In this document: one piece after another, positions 1-10,675 of the stretch
How the letters are laid out: every line of letters begins with the position of its first letter
Position numbering within the stretch: the stretch's first letter is position 1
Origin: an uncultured Planctomycetales bacterium
GTDB lineage: Bacteria; Omnitrophota; Gorgyraeia; Zapsychrales; Aceulaceae
DNA length: 64,000 nt
NCBI GenBank assembly: GCA_964648665.1
Contig: CAZYOA010000002.1
Span: forward strand, 3,056 to 67,055
Reading direction: 5' to 3'
Made by a program: the position numbers and the translations under genes
Notes under the pieces: model-generated
Told to the model about the DNA's origin: nothing
The model's input: the letters and a program-made list of their open reading frames with translations, nothing else
Databases searched by the model: none

Positions 1-311
1 TTTGATCCAATCAAGGGATAGATTTCTGTAGACGGATCAAGATCAATATTAAAACGTTTTTTAGACCAGGTGGCAATTGTTTCACGAAGCCCTGAAAGAC
101 CGGCATCTAGTGCATAGTGATGATTATCTCCGTCTTGAGCGGCTTTCGTAAGCGCATCTATAATAAATTGTGGCGTTGGTGAGTCTGGATCTCCAATACC
201 AAGATCGATAATGTCTCTGCCTTCTGATTTTGCTTGACGTTTGGCTTTATCAATTTCAGCAAAAAGATATGGTGGTAGTTGTTTTAAGCGATCTGAAAAT
301 TCAATATTCAT
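1..311 (-). CDS. dapL: LL-diaminopimelate aminotransferase (DapL-type class-I aminotransferase), N-terminal 103 codons; 3' part lies beyond the window edge
   Basis: Not in the ORF track because it is truncated. The reverse complement from ATG at 309..311 reads MNIEFSDRLKQLPPYLFAEIDKAKRQAKSEGRDIIDLGIGDPDSPTPQFIIDAL... LPPYLFAEID and LGIGDPDxPTP are typical DapL/AspC-like N-terminal motifs. It is the last gene of a dap string that lacks dapD/C/E. Confidence 0.7.
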   Translation of the reverse strand, partial: MNIEFSDRLKQLPPYLFAEIDKAKRQAKSEGRDIIDLGIGDPDSPTPQFIIDALTKAAQDGDNHHYALDAGLSGLRETIATWSKKRFNIDLDPSTEIYPLIGS

Positions 312-330
312 AAAATCTGATACCTTTCTT

Positions 331-1050
331 CTACTTGATTCCTAAAACATCGTGCATGTTAAACAAACCTGTTTTGTGGTTTATGATAAATTTTGCGGCT
401 ACTAGTGAACCTTGAGAGAAAATATCTCTTGTTTTTGCATGATGACGAACTGTGATCGTGTCAACATCGCTTTCAAAAACAACATCATGATCACCGATAA
501 TCTCCCCTTCACGGATAGAGTCGATAGAATCAACTTTTTTTGCATTTTCTTTTTCGATGTAATTGGCAAGAGTTTTGGCTGTTCCAGAAGGTGCGTCTTT
601 CTTGTGAATATGATGCGCCTCAGTAATGCGAACTTTGTAGTTATTCCCCGTCCTCTGAGAAAGTTCTTCAGCCATCTTAAATACAATATTAACACCAACA
701 GACATGTTCGATGAAAATACAATTCCTGTTTTTGAAGCAGCATTTTCAATGGTTTTGATGTCGCTTTGGGCAAGACCCGTTGTTCCAATTATGATTTTGA
801 TATTATTTTGTGCGCAAAAAGATACATTTTTAGTCGTTGATTCAGGTGATGTAAAATCGATTAATACATCGGCATTCTTTAGCTCTTCAAGATGCGACGT
901 GACATCGATTCCATCAATTGTTTTTCCAATGTCTGGATGTTCTTTTCGCTCTAGCAAAGCAACAATATCAAAGTTGTTATCACTTTTTGCAAGTCGATAA
1001 ATGCTTTGGCCCATTCTTCCTAGTGATCCAGTGATAGCTAAACGAATCAT
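331..1050 (-). CDS. dapB: 4-hydroxy-tetrahydrodipicolinate reductase
   Basis: 239 aa with an N-terminal GSLGRMG Rossmann motif and EAHHIHKKDAPSGTAK, the DapB E-x-HH-x-x-K-x-DAPSGTA signature. Confidence 0.9.
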   Translation of the reverse strand: MIRLAITGSLGRMGQSIYRLAKSDNNFDIVALLERKEHPDIGKTIDGIDVTSHLEELKNADVLIDFTSPESTTKNVSFCAQNNIKIIIGTTGLAQSDIKTIENAASKTGIVFSSNMSVGVNIVFKMAEELSQRTGNNYKVRITEAHHIHKKDAPSGTAKTLANYIEKENAKKVDSIDSIREGEIIGDHDVVFESDVDTITVRHHAKTRDIFSQGSLVAAKFIINHKTGLFNMHDVLGIK

Positions 1051-1063
1051 AAGAGTTCCCTTC

Positions 1064-1942
1064 TTATTTTAATAAACCGTAGTTTTTTAAAGCTGTTTTT
1101 AATTTGTCAACATTTGAAGTTGCCATTGGCGACAACGGTAAGCGTAACTCGTCAGAGCACATGCCTAAAATACCCATTGCTGTTTTAATTGGTGCTGGGT
1201 TTGTTTCAACAAACATGGCTTTGACAAGTGGCAATAGTTTGTAGTGAAGCTCTTGTGCAGTTTTTAAATCTCCTTTTTCCATCGCAGCGCAAAGACTTGC
1301 AGTTTCTTTAGGAAGAATATTGGCAATAACTGAAACAACGCCAGAACCGCCAACAGCCATTGTTGGAAGCGTTAGAGCGTCATCACCAGAAAAGATTAAA
1401 AAATCTTTTGGGCAAAGGGCCTTAATCGCACTTGTTTGATCAAGCGATCCAGACGCTTCTTTAACACCGATAATATTTTTGCAGTCTTTTGCAAGTCGAG
1501 CAATTGTTTCTGGTTCAATGTTGCGTGCTGTGCGGCCTGCAATATTATAAAGCATGATTGGAATATTAACGCTTTCGGCAACAGCCTTAAAATGTTGATA
1601 AAGTCCTTCTTGCATTGGTTTGTTGTAGTATGGTGTTACCTGTAAAGAAGCATCAGCTCCAGCTTGAGCAGCATGTTTTGTAAGTTCAATAGCTTCTGCT
1701 GTTGAATTTGATCCAGTTCCTGCAAGAATTAGGATTCTTTTGTTAGAAGCCTTAATACAGATCTCAATAACTTTTTCGTGTTCTTTAGGAGATAATGTTG
1801 GAGATTCCCCGGTTGTGCCACATGGTAGAATCGCATTTGTTCCACTCTCGATATGAAATTCAACGAGCTCTTGTAATTTTTGCTCATCAACTAAGCCATT
1901 CTTAAAAGGCGTAACGATAGCAACGATAGATCCTTTAAACAT
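1064..1942 (-). CDS. dapA: 4-hydroxy-tetrahydrodipicolinate synthase
   Basis: 292 aa with the GTTGESPTLS motif and the Schiff-base lysine context IIGVKEASG. Adjacent to dapB and dapF. Confidence 0.92.
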   Translation of the reverse strand: MFKGSIVAIVTPFKNGLVDEQKLQELVEFHIESGTNAILPCGTTGESPTLSPKEHEKVIEICIKASNKRILILAGTGSNSTAEAIELTKHAAQAGADASLQVTPYYNKPMQEGLYQHFKAVAESVNIPIMLYNIAGRTARNIEPETIARLAKDCKNIIGVKEASGSLDQTSAIKALCPKDFLIFSGDDALTLPTMAVGGSGVVSVIANILPKETASLCAAMEKGDLKTAQELHYKLLPLVKAMFVETNPAPIKTAMGILGMCSDELRLPLSPMATSNVDKLKTALKNYGLLK

Positions 1943-2774
1943 TTTTTCCTCCGTTAATTAAAAAACTTCCATCTGCAATAAAATTTGCACTGCCGGTTAA
2001 CCAAACATTTGTAATTTTATCTTCATTTAAATCAAAAGAAATTGAAAGCACTTCACCGCTTTTTGTTTTAACTTTTATAGCAGCATTTGTTTTAGCTGTT
2101 ATTTCTGGATTTGCTTTTAGTAAGGCCACAATGCCGCTTGCAACACTTCCTGTGCCGCAGGCGCGTGTTTCAGCTTCAACTCCTCGTTCATACGTGCGAA
2201 CAGAAACAAGACGCTTGTTTGATTGTTCAACGAAGTTGACATTTGTTCCTCGAGGCTGAAATTTTTCAGAGAATCGAATTTTTTCGCCCAACGTGTTTAC
2301 GTCAATGTTGCTTAAATTATCTACAAAACAAATAACATGTGGAACGCCTGTATCAATATAGCTTACGTGAAGCGGACGATTGTTAATAGAAATTGCAATA
2401 TCTTCAGTATAATCTTTAGGATCGCTTAGCCGAACACTAATTAGTTTTCCTTTTTTCTCAGCTAAAATAATTCCAGATTTTGTTTCCATGCTAAATATTT
2501 TTTTCTTAAGTTTTTTTGTTTTAAAAATATAAGCTGCCATGCATCTTGCGCCGTTGCCACACATTTCGGCTTCTGAGCCATCTGGATTGATAATACGCAT
2601 TTTATAATCAGCTTTTTTAGATTTATCTAAAATCATCAATCCATCTGCGCCAATTCCATCTGTACGATGGCAGATTTTCTTGGCAACGCTTTTGGCATTT
2701 AGTTTAGGAAAAGCATTGATGATAATAAAATCATTACCTGCACCATTCATTTTTGTAAAAGAAAGACTCTTCAT
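1935..2774 (-). CDS. dapF: diaminopimelate epimerase
   Basis: 279 aa with an MNGAGNDFIII N-terminus and the two catalytic Cys contexts EMCGNGARC and RACGTGSVA. Confidence 0.9.
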   Translation of the reverse strand: MKSLSFTKMNGAGNDFIIINAFPKLNAKSVAKKICHRTDGIGADGLMILDKSKKADYKMRIINPDGSEAEMCGNGARCMAAYIFKTKKLKKKIFSMETKSGIILAEKKGKLISVRLSDPKDYTEDIAISINNRPLHVSYIDTGVPHVICFVDNLSNIDVNTLGEKIRFSEKFQPRGTNVNFVEQSNKRLVSVRTYERGVEAETRACGTGSVASGIVALLKANPEITAKTNAAIKVKTKSGEVLSISFDLNEDKITNVWLTGSANFIADGSFLINGGKNV

Positions 2775-4024
2775 TTTAAAAACCCCGGAATTTTCTCACC
2801 GCGAACTAAATCGCTAAATGTTTCTCTTGATTTGATAATTTCGAATTTGTTTCCCTTAACCATGATTTCTGCAACTTTTGGTCGAACATTATAATTGCTG
2901 GCCATGGTTGATCCATAGGCGCCAGCACGCATTATAGCTAAAAGGTCATTTTTCTTAACACTGGCTAATCTTCTATCCTTTGCAAAGAAATCTCCGCTTT
3001 CACAAATCGGTCCTACAACATCAACTTTTACTTTCTTGACCGATGTTTTCTTTGTTGGCAAAATTTCATGATAAGCGTTATATAAAGATGGTCTAGCAAA
3101 ATCGTTCATTCCCCCATCAACAATAACAAATTTCTTAACGCCGTTGTCTTTGTTGTATAAAACTTTTGTTACAAAAATACCAGATGGTCCTGCAATAAAT
3201 CGTCCAGGTTCCAGTATAATTTCAAGACCTGTCATGCGTAAAAGCGGCAATAAAGCTTTTGCAAATTGTTTAGGTGTGATAGCTTTTTTATCATAAGAAA
3301 TGCCAAAACCGCCTCCGATATCTAGATATCTGAGGCAAATACTATCGCTGCAAAGAACTTCTAAGAATTTAATGATCTTTTTTAGAGCATCAACATATGG
3401 CTTAACTGATGTAATTTGTGATCCTAGGTGCATGTGAAGTCCATTAATCTTTATGTTCGAATATTTCTTTGTATTCTTAAGAATTTCTCGTGCTGTCTTT
3501 AGGTCAACGCCAAATTTATTCTTTAATGTTCCTGTTGTGATTTTTTTGTGGGTTGCTGCATTCACGTCTGGATTAATTCTAAGCGCAACCTGAACATTCT
3601 TTTTTAGTTTCTTTGCGATTCGGTTAATTTCTCCAAGTTCTTCTTTTGATTCGACATTAAAAAGCAAAATCCCTTTTTTAATCGCAAGAGTAATTTCTTC
3701 TTCTGTTTTTCCGGCAGATGCAAAACAAATTGTTTTTGGATTTGCACCTAATCTAATTGCTTTTTGAAGCTCTCCACCAGAAACAATATCAATGCCAGCG
3801 CCTTGATTAATTAGCGTTTTAACAACAGCGGCATTGCCATTGGATTTCATGGCAAAACATATCAATGGATTCGTTGAAGCAAAAGCATTTTCGATTTTTT
3901 TAAAATGATCAACAAGCGTTGCGTGACTGTATAGATAAAATGGCGTCCCCACTTTCTTAGCAACTGCCGAAACTTTTACGGATTCACAGTAAAGTTCATT
4001 ATTCTTAAACTTAAAATCATGCAT
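2771..4024 (-). CDS. lysA: diaminopimelate decarboxylase
   Basis: 417 aa with group-IV PLP decarboxylase motifs FAMKSN (PLP lysine), DIGGGFGI and PICESGD. Confidence 0.9.
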   Translation of the reverse strand: MHDFKFKNNELYCESVKVSAVAKKVGTPFYLYSHATLVDHFKKIENAFASTNPLICFAMKSNGNAAVVKTLINQGAGIDIVSGGELQKAIRLGANPKTICFASAGKTEEEITLAIKKGILLFNVESKEELGEINRIAKKLKKNVQVALRINPDVNAATHKKITTGTLKNKFGVDLKTAREILKNTKKYSNIKINGLHMHLGSQITSVKPYVDALKKIIKFLEVLCSDSICLRYLDIGGGFGISYDKKAITPKQFAKALLPLLRMTGLEIILEPGRFIAGPSGIFVTKVLYNKDNGVKKFVIVDGGMNDFARPSLYNAYHEILPTKKTSVKKVKVDVVGPICESGDFFAKDRRLASVKKNDLLAIMRAGAYGSTMASNYNVRPKVAEIMVKGNKFEIIKSRETFSDLVRGEKIPGFLK

Positions 4025-5393
4025 TGAGTTTTTTCTTCCATTTTAAAAGTTGATTATGGACTAAGCTTGGATTTGTTGATCCTGCTGACTTTTTACTTAC
4101 AACTGATGCCTTTGCGTTAAGAAGTTTTTTAACATCGTTAGAAAACTTTGGCGAATAACTTTTAAGCTGCTGAATTGAAAGATCAGAAATCTTTTGATTC
4201 TCATCTAAGCATTCTTTAACTATTTTACCAATGGTGTCATGAGCCTCTCGATAAGAAACGCCTTTTTTAATCAGATATTCCATGATGTCTACAGAAAAAA
4301 GTGCTTCGTTCTCAGTTTTTTTATTAATGGATTCTTTTTTAATCTTCACTCCTTTAAAAAGAGCAGCCAAAACTTCAAGCATTTGTTTGACTGTATCGAT
4401 AGATTCAAACAAAGGTGGCTTATCAAGTTGCATGTCTCGATTGTATGTTAAAGGAAGACTTTTCATTAGGCTTAAGATTTCAGATAAATTTCCATAAATT
4501 TTTCCAGTCGTCCCTCGAATTAATTCTAAGATATCCGGATTTTTTTTGTGTGGCATGATTGATGAGCCTGTACAAAACGCTCCATCGATATCAATAAAAT
4601 TAAATTCATTGGTTACCCACAAAATAAGATCTTCAGAAATGCGCGAAAGATGCATGGCAGCAATGGAAAGCGATGAAATAATTTCAATAACAAAATCTCG
4701 ATCAGAAACAGCATCAATGCTATTTTCACAAATACCTTTTAATCCTAATTTCTTAGCAACAAAATCTCGATCAGTTTTCAGTGTTGTTCCTGACAATGCA
4801 CAGCTTCCTAAAGGAGAGAGATCTAAGCGCTCACCGGCATCGAGAAGTCGTGCTTTATCTCGCTGAAGCATTTCAACGTAAGCTAACATATGATGTGCAA
4901 GTAAAACAACTTGAGCTGATTGCAAATGAGTATACGCAGGCACAATGACATCTTTGTTTTTTAGCGCAAAGCCAAGAATTGAAGATTGAAGATTGTTGAT
5001 TCCTTTAAAAAGCAAGGCAATCTGATCAAGGCAATATAGGCGAATATCAAGAGCGATTTGATCATTTCGAGATCGTGCTGTATGTAGCTTATCGGCTGCT
5101 GATCCAATTTGTTTTTTTAAAACATTTTGGATGTTTGTATGGATGTCCTCTGCTTTTGCGTCAAATTTGAATTTGCCGCCTAAGATTTGCTTTTGAATCT
5201 TTTTTAATCCAGAAACAATCTTATCAGAATCTTTTTTAGAGATAATTTTACATTTTCCAAGCATTTGAGCATGTGCGATGCTTCCTGCAACGTCATACTT
5301 TGCAAGACATTTATCGTATGAGATGCTAAATGAAAAGTCATCAGCAAGCTTGCTCGACTTTTTTGTAAAACGTCCTCCCCATAATTTACTCAT
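4017..5393 (-). CDS. argH: argininosuccinate lyase
   Basis: 458 aa with N-terminal KLWGGRF and the fumarate-lyase signature GSSIMPHKKNPD. Confidence 0.93.
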   Translation of the reverse strand: MSKLWGGRFTKKSSKLADDFSFSISYDKCLAKYDVAGSIAHAQMLGKCKIISKKDSDKIVSGLKKIQKQILGGKFKFDAKAEDIHTNIQNVLKKQIGSAADKLHTARSRNDQIALDIRLYCLDQIALLFKGINNLQSSILGFALKNKDVIVPAYTHLQSAQVVLLAHHMLAYVEMLQRDKARLLDAGERLDLSPLGSCALSGTTLKTDRDFVAKKLGLKGICENSIDAVSDRDFVIEIISSLSIAAMHLSRISEDLILWVTNEFNFIDIDGAFCTGSSIMPHKKNPDILELIRGTTGKIYGNLSEILSLMKSLPLTYNRDMQLDKPPLFESIDTVKQMLEVLAALFKGVKIKKESINKKTENEALFSVDIMEYLIKKGVSYREAHDTIGKIVKECLDENQKISDLSIQQLKSYSPKFSNDVKKLLNAKASVVSKKSAGSTNPSLVHNQLLKWKKKLNA

Positions 5394-5417
5394 TATTTGC
5401 TCCCTTTTAATTTCTTA

Positions 5418-6587
5418 CTATTTGCTAAACGGCATTGCCCAAAGATGGTTGAAGCCTTCAGCTAATTTTTGATCAAATTTATCTTTTTTGCCATACGTTG
5501 CTAGTTCTTCTTTGTATCGAGAGTGTTTTGATTTACGACCAACTACCATGCAGCTTCCCTTATAAAGCTTGAGACGAACAACACCCGTTGTAAATGCATG
5601 CACTTTATTAAAGTATGCATCAAGTTGTTCTTTTAGTGGAGTAAGCCACAGGCCGTTGTAGGTTAGCTCTGCATATTTTTGAGAAGCTTGAGTCTTGTAT
5701 CGCATAGTTTCGCGATCTAAAACAAGATTTTCAAGATCAGCTAAAGCTGTGTGTAAAATTGTTCCTGCAGGATTTTCGTATATTTCTCGTGACTTAATTC
5801 CTACAAGACGATTTTCTATCATATCAACACGTCCAACTCCGTTTTTACCGCCGATTTCGTTTAGCTTTTTTATGAGCGAGAATGGCTTATACGGTGTTCC
5901 GTTTATTTTTATTGGTATTCCTTTATTAAAAGTCACTTCAATGTATGTTGCTTTATTGGGTGCTTTCAAAGGAGATTGTGTCATCGTATAAATATTTTCT
6001 GGCGGTTCATTCCATGGGTTTTCCAAAACACCACACTCTATTGCGCGACCGTATATATTTGTATCAATGCTATAGGGACTTTTTTTAGTGACATTAACAG
6101 GTACGCCCATTTTTTTGGCATAATCCATTTCGTCTTCGCGCGTTTTAAATTCCCATGTTCGAACTGGTGCCATTATTTCCATTTTTGGAGCCATTAAGCG
6201 AAAGGTAGTTTCAAATCGTACCTGATCATTACCTTTTCCTGTGCATCCATGTGCAAGCGCATCAGCTTTTTCTTTTTTTGCAATTTTTACCTGATGTTTT
6301 GCTATTAATGGACGAGACAGAGCGCAAGCCAAATTGTATTTGCCTTCATACAGAGCGCCTGCTTTCAAAGCCAAAAGAACATAATTTTCTATGAGCTCCT
6401 TTTGAAGGTCAAGGCAATACACTTTTGACGCCCCGGACTTAAGAGCTTTTCTTTCGATCTTCTTGAAATCGCTACCCTGACCAACATTTCCAATAACGGC
6501 TATTGTGTTATAGCCTTTATTTTTTAACCAAGGTATTATGCATGAGGTGTCTAGTCCGCCCGAATAAGCTAAAACAACTTTTTTCAT
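5418..6587 (-). CDS. argG: argininosuccinate synthase
   Basis: 389 aa with the AYSGGLDTS PP-loop and GCTGKGNDQVRFE motifs. Confidence 0.93.
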   Translation of the reverse strand: MKKVVLAYSGGLDTSCIIPWLKNKGYNTIAVIGNVGQGSDFKKIERKALKSGASKVYCLDLQKELIENYVLLALKAGALYEGKYNLACALSRPLIAKHQVKIAKKEKADALAHGCTGKGNDQVRFETTFRLMAPKMEIMAPVRTWEFKTREDEMDYAKKMGVPVNVTKKSPYSIDTNIYGRAIECGVLENPWNEPPENIYTMTQSPLKAPNKATYIEVTFNKGIPIKINGTPYKPFSLIKKLNEIGGKNGVGRVDMIENRLVGIKSREIYENPAGTILHTALADLENLVLDRETMRYKTQASQKYAELTYNGLWLTPLKEQLDAYFNKVHAFTTGVVRLKLYKGSCMVVGRKSKHSRYKEELATYGKKDKFDQKLAEGFNHLWAMPFSK

Positions 6588-7511
6588 TTACTTGTCTCCT
6601 TTTGCTAAAAAGAATGCCAGAATTGCTTTCTGGACATGCATGCGATTTTCTGCTTGGTCGAAAACAACTGAATTTGGCCCATCAATCACATCTGCTGAAA
6701 CTTCCATTCCGCGATGAGCTGGAAGACAATGCATGAAAATATAATCAGATTGAGCCCCTTTAATTAATTCTGAGTTAATTTGGAATCCTTTAAAATCTTT
6801 TTTTCGTTTCTTGTCTTCTTCTTCTTGTCCCATACTTACCCAGACATCAGAGTAAATAGCATCGGCATTGCTAACAGCTTCAGCTGGATCATTTAAGATT
6901 GTAATTTGAGATCCTGTTTTTTGTGCAATGTCTTGAGCAACATCTAAAATACCTTGCTTCGGTTCATATTTCTTTGGTGTTGCAATGTTTAAGTCATATC
7001 CCATATGTGCACATGCTAAAATAAGTGAATGACAAACATTGTTTCCATCGCCGATATAAGAAATTAAGACTTTTTTATCGCCAAACTTTTCTTTGACTGT
7101 TAAAACATCGGCTAAAGCCTGGCACGGATGAAAAAGATCTGAAAGCCCGTTTATAATGACAGCAGAGGCATTTTCAGCAAGTTCAGTTAAATCTGTATGT
7201 AAAAATGTTCGTGCAACAATACAATCAAGATAACGTGATAATGTTTTGGCAACATCAGAAACTGATTCACGTTTACCCAGATTGATTTCCTGAGGCGCTA
7301 AATAAAGACATTTTCCACCAAGCTGCCAAATTGCAATTTCACATGAAACGCGTGTTCGATTTGATGGTTTTTGAAATAATAGTCCAACGGCTTTATTTTC
7401 TAAATGACTTGTTATTTTTGAACCACTATTTTTTAGCTCGATCGCAAGATCAATGATCTTTTTTACTTCATCGGAATTTAAATCTTGCAAGCTTAAAAGG
7501 TCTCGTTTCAT
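6588..7511 (-). CDS. argF: ornithine carbamoyltransferase
   Basis: 307 aa with SNRTR carbamoyl-phosphate site, FHPCQALAD and HCLPAHRGMEV motifs. Sits between argD and argG. Confidence 0.9.
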   Translation of the reverse strand: MKRDLLSLQDLNSDEVKKIIDLAIELKNSGSKITSHLENKAVGLLFQKPSNRTRVSCEIAIWQLGGKCLYLAPQEINLGKRESVSDVAKTLSRYLDCIVARTFLHTDLTELAENASAVIINGLSDLFHPCQALADVLTVKEKFGDKKVLISYIGDGNNVCHSLILACAHMGYDLNIATPKKYEPKQGILDVAQDIAQKTGSQITILNDPAEAVSNADAIYSDVWVSMGQEEEDKKRKKDFKGFQINSELIKGAQSDYIFMHCLPAHRGMEVSADVIDGPNSVVFDQAENRMHVQKAILAFFLAKGDK

Positions 7512-8692
7512 TTTGTCACCTTTTCAAAAGATTTCTTAAAGATAAAAAAAGCTTTATCTATTTGTTTTTTTGTCACATTTAAAGCAGGCATAATGCGCAG
7601 AATATTTCCTTGTGTGCAATTAATAATAAGCCCGTTATTAAAGCATTCATCAAAAATAGGTTGTCCGTCGATGTTAAGTTCGATGGCAAGCATTAGTCCT
7701 AGGCCTCGAATTTCTGTAATGCATGAAAATTCATTTTTAAGTTCTTTAAATTTTTCAATGGCATAGCTTCCCATTTTCTTCGTATTCTTAAGCATGTTGT
7801 CTTTTTTAATAGCCTTAAAAACGCCTAAAGCTGCTTTGCAAACAATCGGGCTTCCACCAAAAGTCGAAGCGTGCATGCCAGGTTTGAAAGTGTCTGAGAT
7901 TTCTTTTTTAACAACAATAGCGCCAATAGGAAGACCTCCTCCTAAGGATTTTGCTAAAATCATAATGTCAGGTACTACGTCATAATGTTTGTATGCAAAC
8001 ATTTCACCTGTTCGACCAAGGCCTGTTTGAACTTCATCAAAAATAAGTAAAATATCTTTTTCATCGCAAATCTTTTTAAGTTCCTTAACATATTGTTTAT
8101 CGGCAATATTAATTCCGCCTTCTCCTTGCACAAGCTCAAGCAGGATGGCTATTGTTTTATCATTGATATTTTCTTTAACGGCCTCAATATCATTGAAAGG
8201 AACAATTCGAAATCCTTCGACAAGCGGTGAAAACCCATTTTGATATTTCTTTTGGCCTGTTGCTGACAAGGCACCCAGTGTTCGCCCGTGAAACGATTTC
8301 TTCATGCTAATAATTTCATAGCGCTTTTCTTTGCCATAGATGCGCGAGAATTTTATTGCAGCTTCACATCCTTCTGTACCACTATTGCAGAAGAATATTT
8401 TTGAAGGAAAAGACCAATGTACAATTTCTTTGGCTAATTTTAATTGATTTGGATGATAAAAGTTGTTTGGAATATGAATCAGCTTCTTAACTTGATCATA
8501 TACGGCTGATACAACTTTTGTGTGACAATGTCCAACGTTGCTCACGCCCCATCCAGGAAAGAAGTCTAAATATTTTTTTCCAGTAATATCAGTTAAAGTC
8601 ATGCCCTTGCCTTTAACAAAAATACTTGGCGTACGTGTATAGGTTGTTAAAATATAATTATCGTATTCTTTTAAGATTTCGAGTTTTCGCAT
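7508..8692 (-). CDS. argD: acetylornithine aminotransferase (class-III)
   Basis: 394 aa with FDEVQTGLGRTG and the PLP-lysine context ILAKSLGGGLPIG. Arg operon context. Confidence 0.88.
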   Translation of the reverse strand: MRKLEILKEYDNYILTTYTRTPSIFVKGKGMTLTDITGKKYLDFFPGWGVSNVGHCHTKVVSAVYDQVKKLIHIPNNFYHPNQLKLAKEIVHWSFPSKIFFCNSGTEGCEAAIKFSRIYGKEKRYEIISMKKSFHGRTLGALSATGQKKYQNGFSPLVEGFRIVPFNDIEAVKENINDKTIAILLELVQGEGGINIADKQYVKELKKICDEKDILLIFDEVQTGLGRTGEMFAYKHYDVVPDIMILAKSLGGGLPIGAIVVKKEISDTFKPGMHASTFGGSPIVCKAALGVFKAIKKDNMLKNTKKMGSYAIEKFKELKNEFSCITEIRGLGLMLAIELNIDGQPIFDECFNNGLIINCTQGNILRIMPALNVTKKQIDKAFFIFKKSFEKVTK

Positions 8693-9543
8693 TTTTTTAT
8701 AATCTGGGTTCCGACACCATGGTCGGTAAAGATTTCAAGTAAGATTGCGTGCTGCATGCGCGCATCAATAATATGAGTTTTACGAACGCCTCCATTAAGC
8801 GTTTCGATACATGCATCAACTTTTGGAATCATGCCTGCATGAACAATCTTTTTCTTTTTAAGTTGATCAACTTCTTCGGTTGTTAGTGTTGAAATTAATG
8901 AATTCGGATTTTTTGGATCTCGCAAAACACCTAAAACATTTGTTAATAAAACAAGCTTTTCAGCTTTCATTGAGACTGCAATTGCGCTTGCAACTTCATC
9001 GGCATTAATATTGTGCGGTTGTTTTGCTCCACAAATTCCCATAGGTGAAATAACTGTAATATGACCTTTTTTAAGATGAGTTTCAATGGCTTCTTTATTG
9101 ATGGTTTTAACTTCACCCACAAAACCAAGATCATGTTCAGCGACTTTTTTTTCAACATGAATAATGTTTTCATGACCAATAAGACCAGTGGCGTCACCTT
9201 TAAGATCTTTAATTTCACGCACAATTTTTTGATTTAATTTTCCAAGCTCATCGCTAACAATATTAAGAGTATGTTTGTCTGTTACTCGAATACCATCATG
9301 AAAGATAGCTTTTTTTCCATCCTCTTTTAAGCGAGCGTTAATAAAAGGTCCACCGCCATGAACTAAAATAGTTCGGATTCCGACATAGCTTAAGAAAACA
9401 AGATCTTCGAAAATATATTTTCGAATTCTATCATTCTCTAAAATGCTCCCCCCGTATTTAATAACGAAAACTTTTCGACGAAATGCATGAATATACGGAA
9501 GTGCTTCAACAAGAATACTGGCTTTTTTAATTATATTTTCCAT
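8671..9543 (-). CDS. argB: acetylglutamate kinase
   Basis: 290 aa with amino-acid-kinase motifs VIKYGGS and LVHGGGP. Confidence 0.9.
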   Translation of the reverse strand: MENIIKKASILVEALPYIHAFRRKVFVIKYGGSILENDRIRKYIFEDLVFLSYVGIRTILVHGGGPFINARLKEDGKKAIFHDGIRVTDKHTLNIVSDELGKLNQKIVREIKDLKGDATGLIGHENIIHVEKKVAEHDLGFVGEVKTINKEAIETHLKKGHITVISPMGICGAKQPHNINADEVASAIAVSMKAEKLVLLTNVLGVLRDPKNPNSLISTLTTEEVDQLKKKKIVHAGMIPKVDACIETLNGGVRKTHIIDARMQHAILLEIFTDHGVGTQIIKKCENSKS

Positions 9544-10666
9544 TAATTTTCACGTAACCGGTTGACAAGTCTGATGTGTAGACAGTCCACTGTGCGGATC
9601 CTGCGCCCAAATCAACATTGATACCGATATCTTTCTTTTCAAAAGAACTGAATTTTATTTTTAATTGTTTTTCTGTTATGTTTAATCCAAGTGATCCTAC
9701 TGCAGCGGCAACGCGTCCCCAGTTGGGATTGCTACCGTATGCAGCTGTTTTAACAAGGTTTGAGTTTGCAATAACAAAGGCGATCTTTTTTGCTAGAGCA
9801 TCTGTTTTTGCACCTGTTACTGAAATCGTGATAAATTTAGTTGCCCCTTCTCCATCGATGACAATCTTTTTTGCAAGATCAAGGCAGATGTGTTCTAACG
9901 CCTCATAAAACTTTTTATAGCTTGGTCCTTTTTTTGTAATCTTTTTATTTTTAGCAAGACCATTAGCCATGACGATAACCATATCATTTGTGCTCATGCA
10001 GTTATCGACTGTAATGCTGTTAAAAGATATGCTACAAGCATCTTTAAGCGCTAACTTTAAGATTGGTGCACTAATTGCAACATCTGTTGTAATGTAAGCA
10101 AGCATAGTTGCCATATTGGGAGCAATCATTCCAGAGCCCTTAGCCATAGCTCCAATTTTAACTTTTTTCTTTCCTATCATGATCTCAACAGCAATTTCTT
10201 TTTCAAATGTATCTGTTGTTAAAATTCCCTTTGCTGAAATATTTGCTCCTGAACGAGATAGTCCTTTAACAAGAGCTGGTACAGATTTTTTTATCTTTTT
10301 AAAAGGTAATGGTTTCCCGATAATTCCTGTTGAAGAAACTAAGACATCATTTTTTGATATATTTAAAAATTTAGCTGCAAGCTCTGATGTTTTTTCAGCA
10401 TAAGTTAGTCCAAACTTTCCTGTAAAGCAATTTGCATTTCCACTGTTGGTAATAATGGCTTGAGCTTTATTGTTTTTTATCTTTTTCTTTGTAACAACAA
10501 GCGGAGCTGCAATAATTGAGTTTTTTGTGAAAACGCCAACGCATGTAGATAAAATTTCGCTAAAGATAAGTGATAAATCAGGTTTTCCTGATTTTTTAAT
10601 TCCACACCAAAGACCGCTTGCTTGAAATCCTTGGGTTGCTGTGACCCCGCCTTTTATTTTTTTCAT
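9527..10666 (-). CDS. argJ: bifunctional ornithine acetyltransferase / N-acetylglutamate synthase
   Basis: 379 aa with the autoprocessing site context PNMATMLAYITTD typical of ArgJ. Confidence 0.9.
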   Translation of the reverse strand: MKKIKGGVTATQGFQASGLWCGIKKSGKPDLSLIFSEILSTCVGVFTKNSIIAAPLVVTKKKIKNNKAQAIITNSGNANCFTGKFGLTYAEKTSELAAKFLNISKNDVLVSSTGIIGKPLPFKKIKKSVPALVKGLSRSGANISAKGILTTDTFEKEIAVEIMIGKKKVKIGAMAKGSGMIAPNMATMLAYITTDVAISAPILKLALKDACSISFNSITVDNCMSTNDMVIVMANGLAKNKKITKKGPSYKKFYEALEHICLDLAKKIVIDGEGATKFITISVTGAKTDALAKKIAFVIANSNLVKTAAYGSNPNWGRVAAAVGSLGLNITEKQLKIKFSSFEKKDIGINVDLGAGSAQWTVYTSDLSTGYVKINGKYN

Positions 10667-10675
10667 TTTTAACCT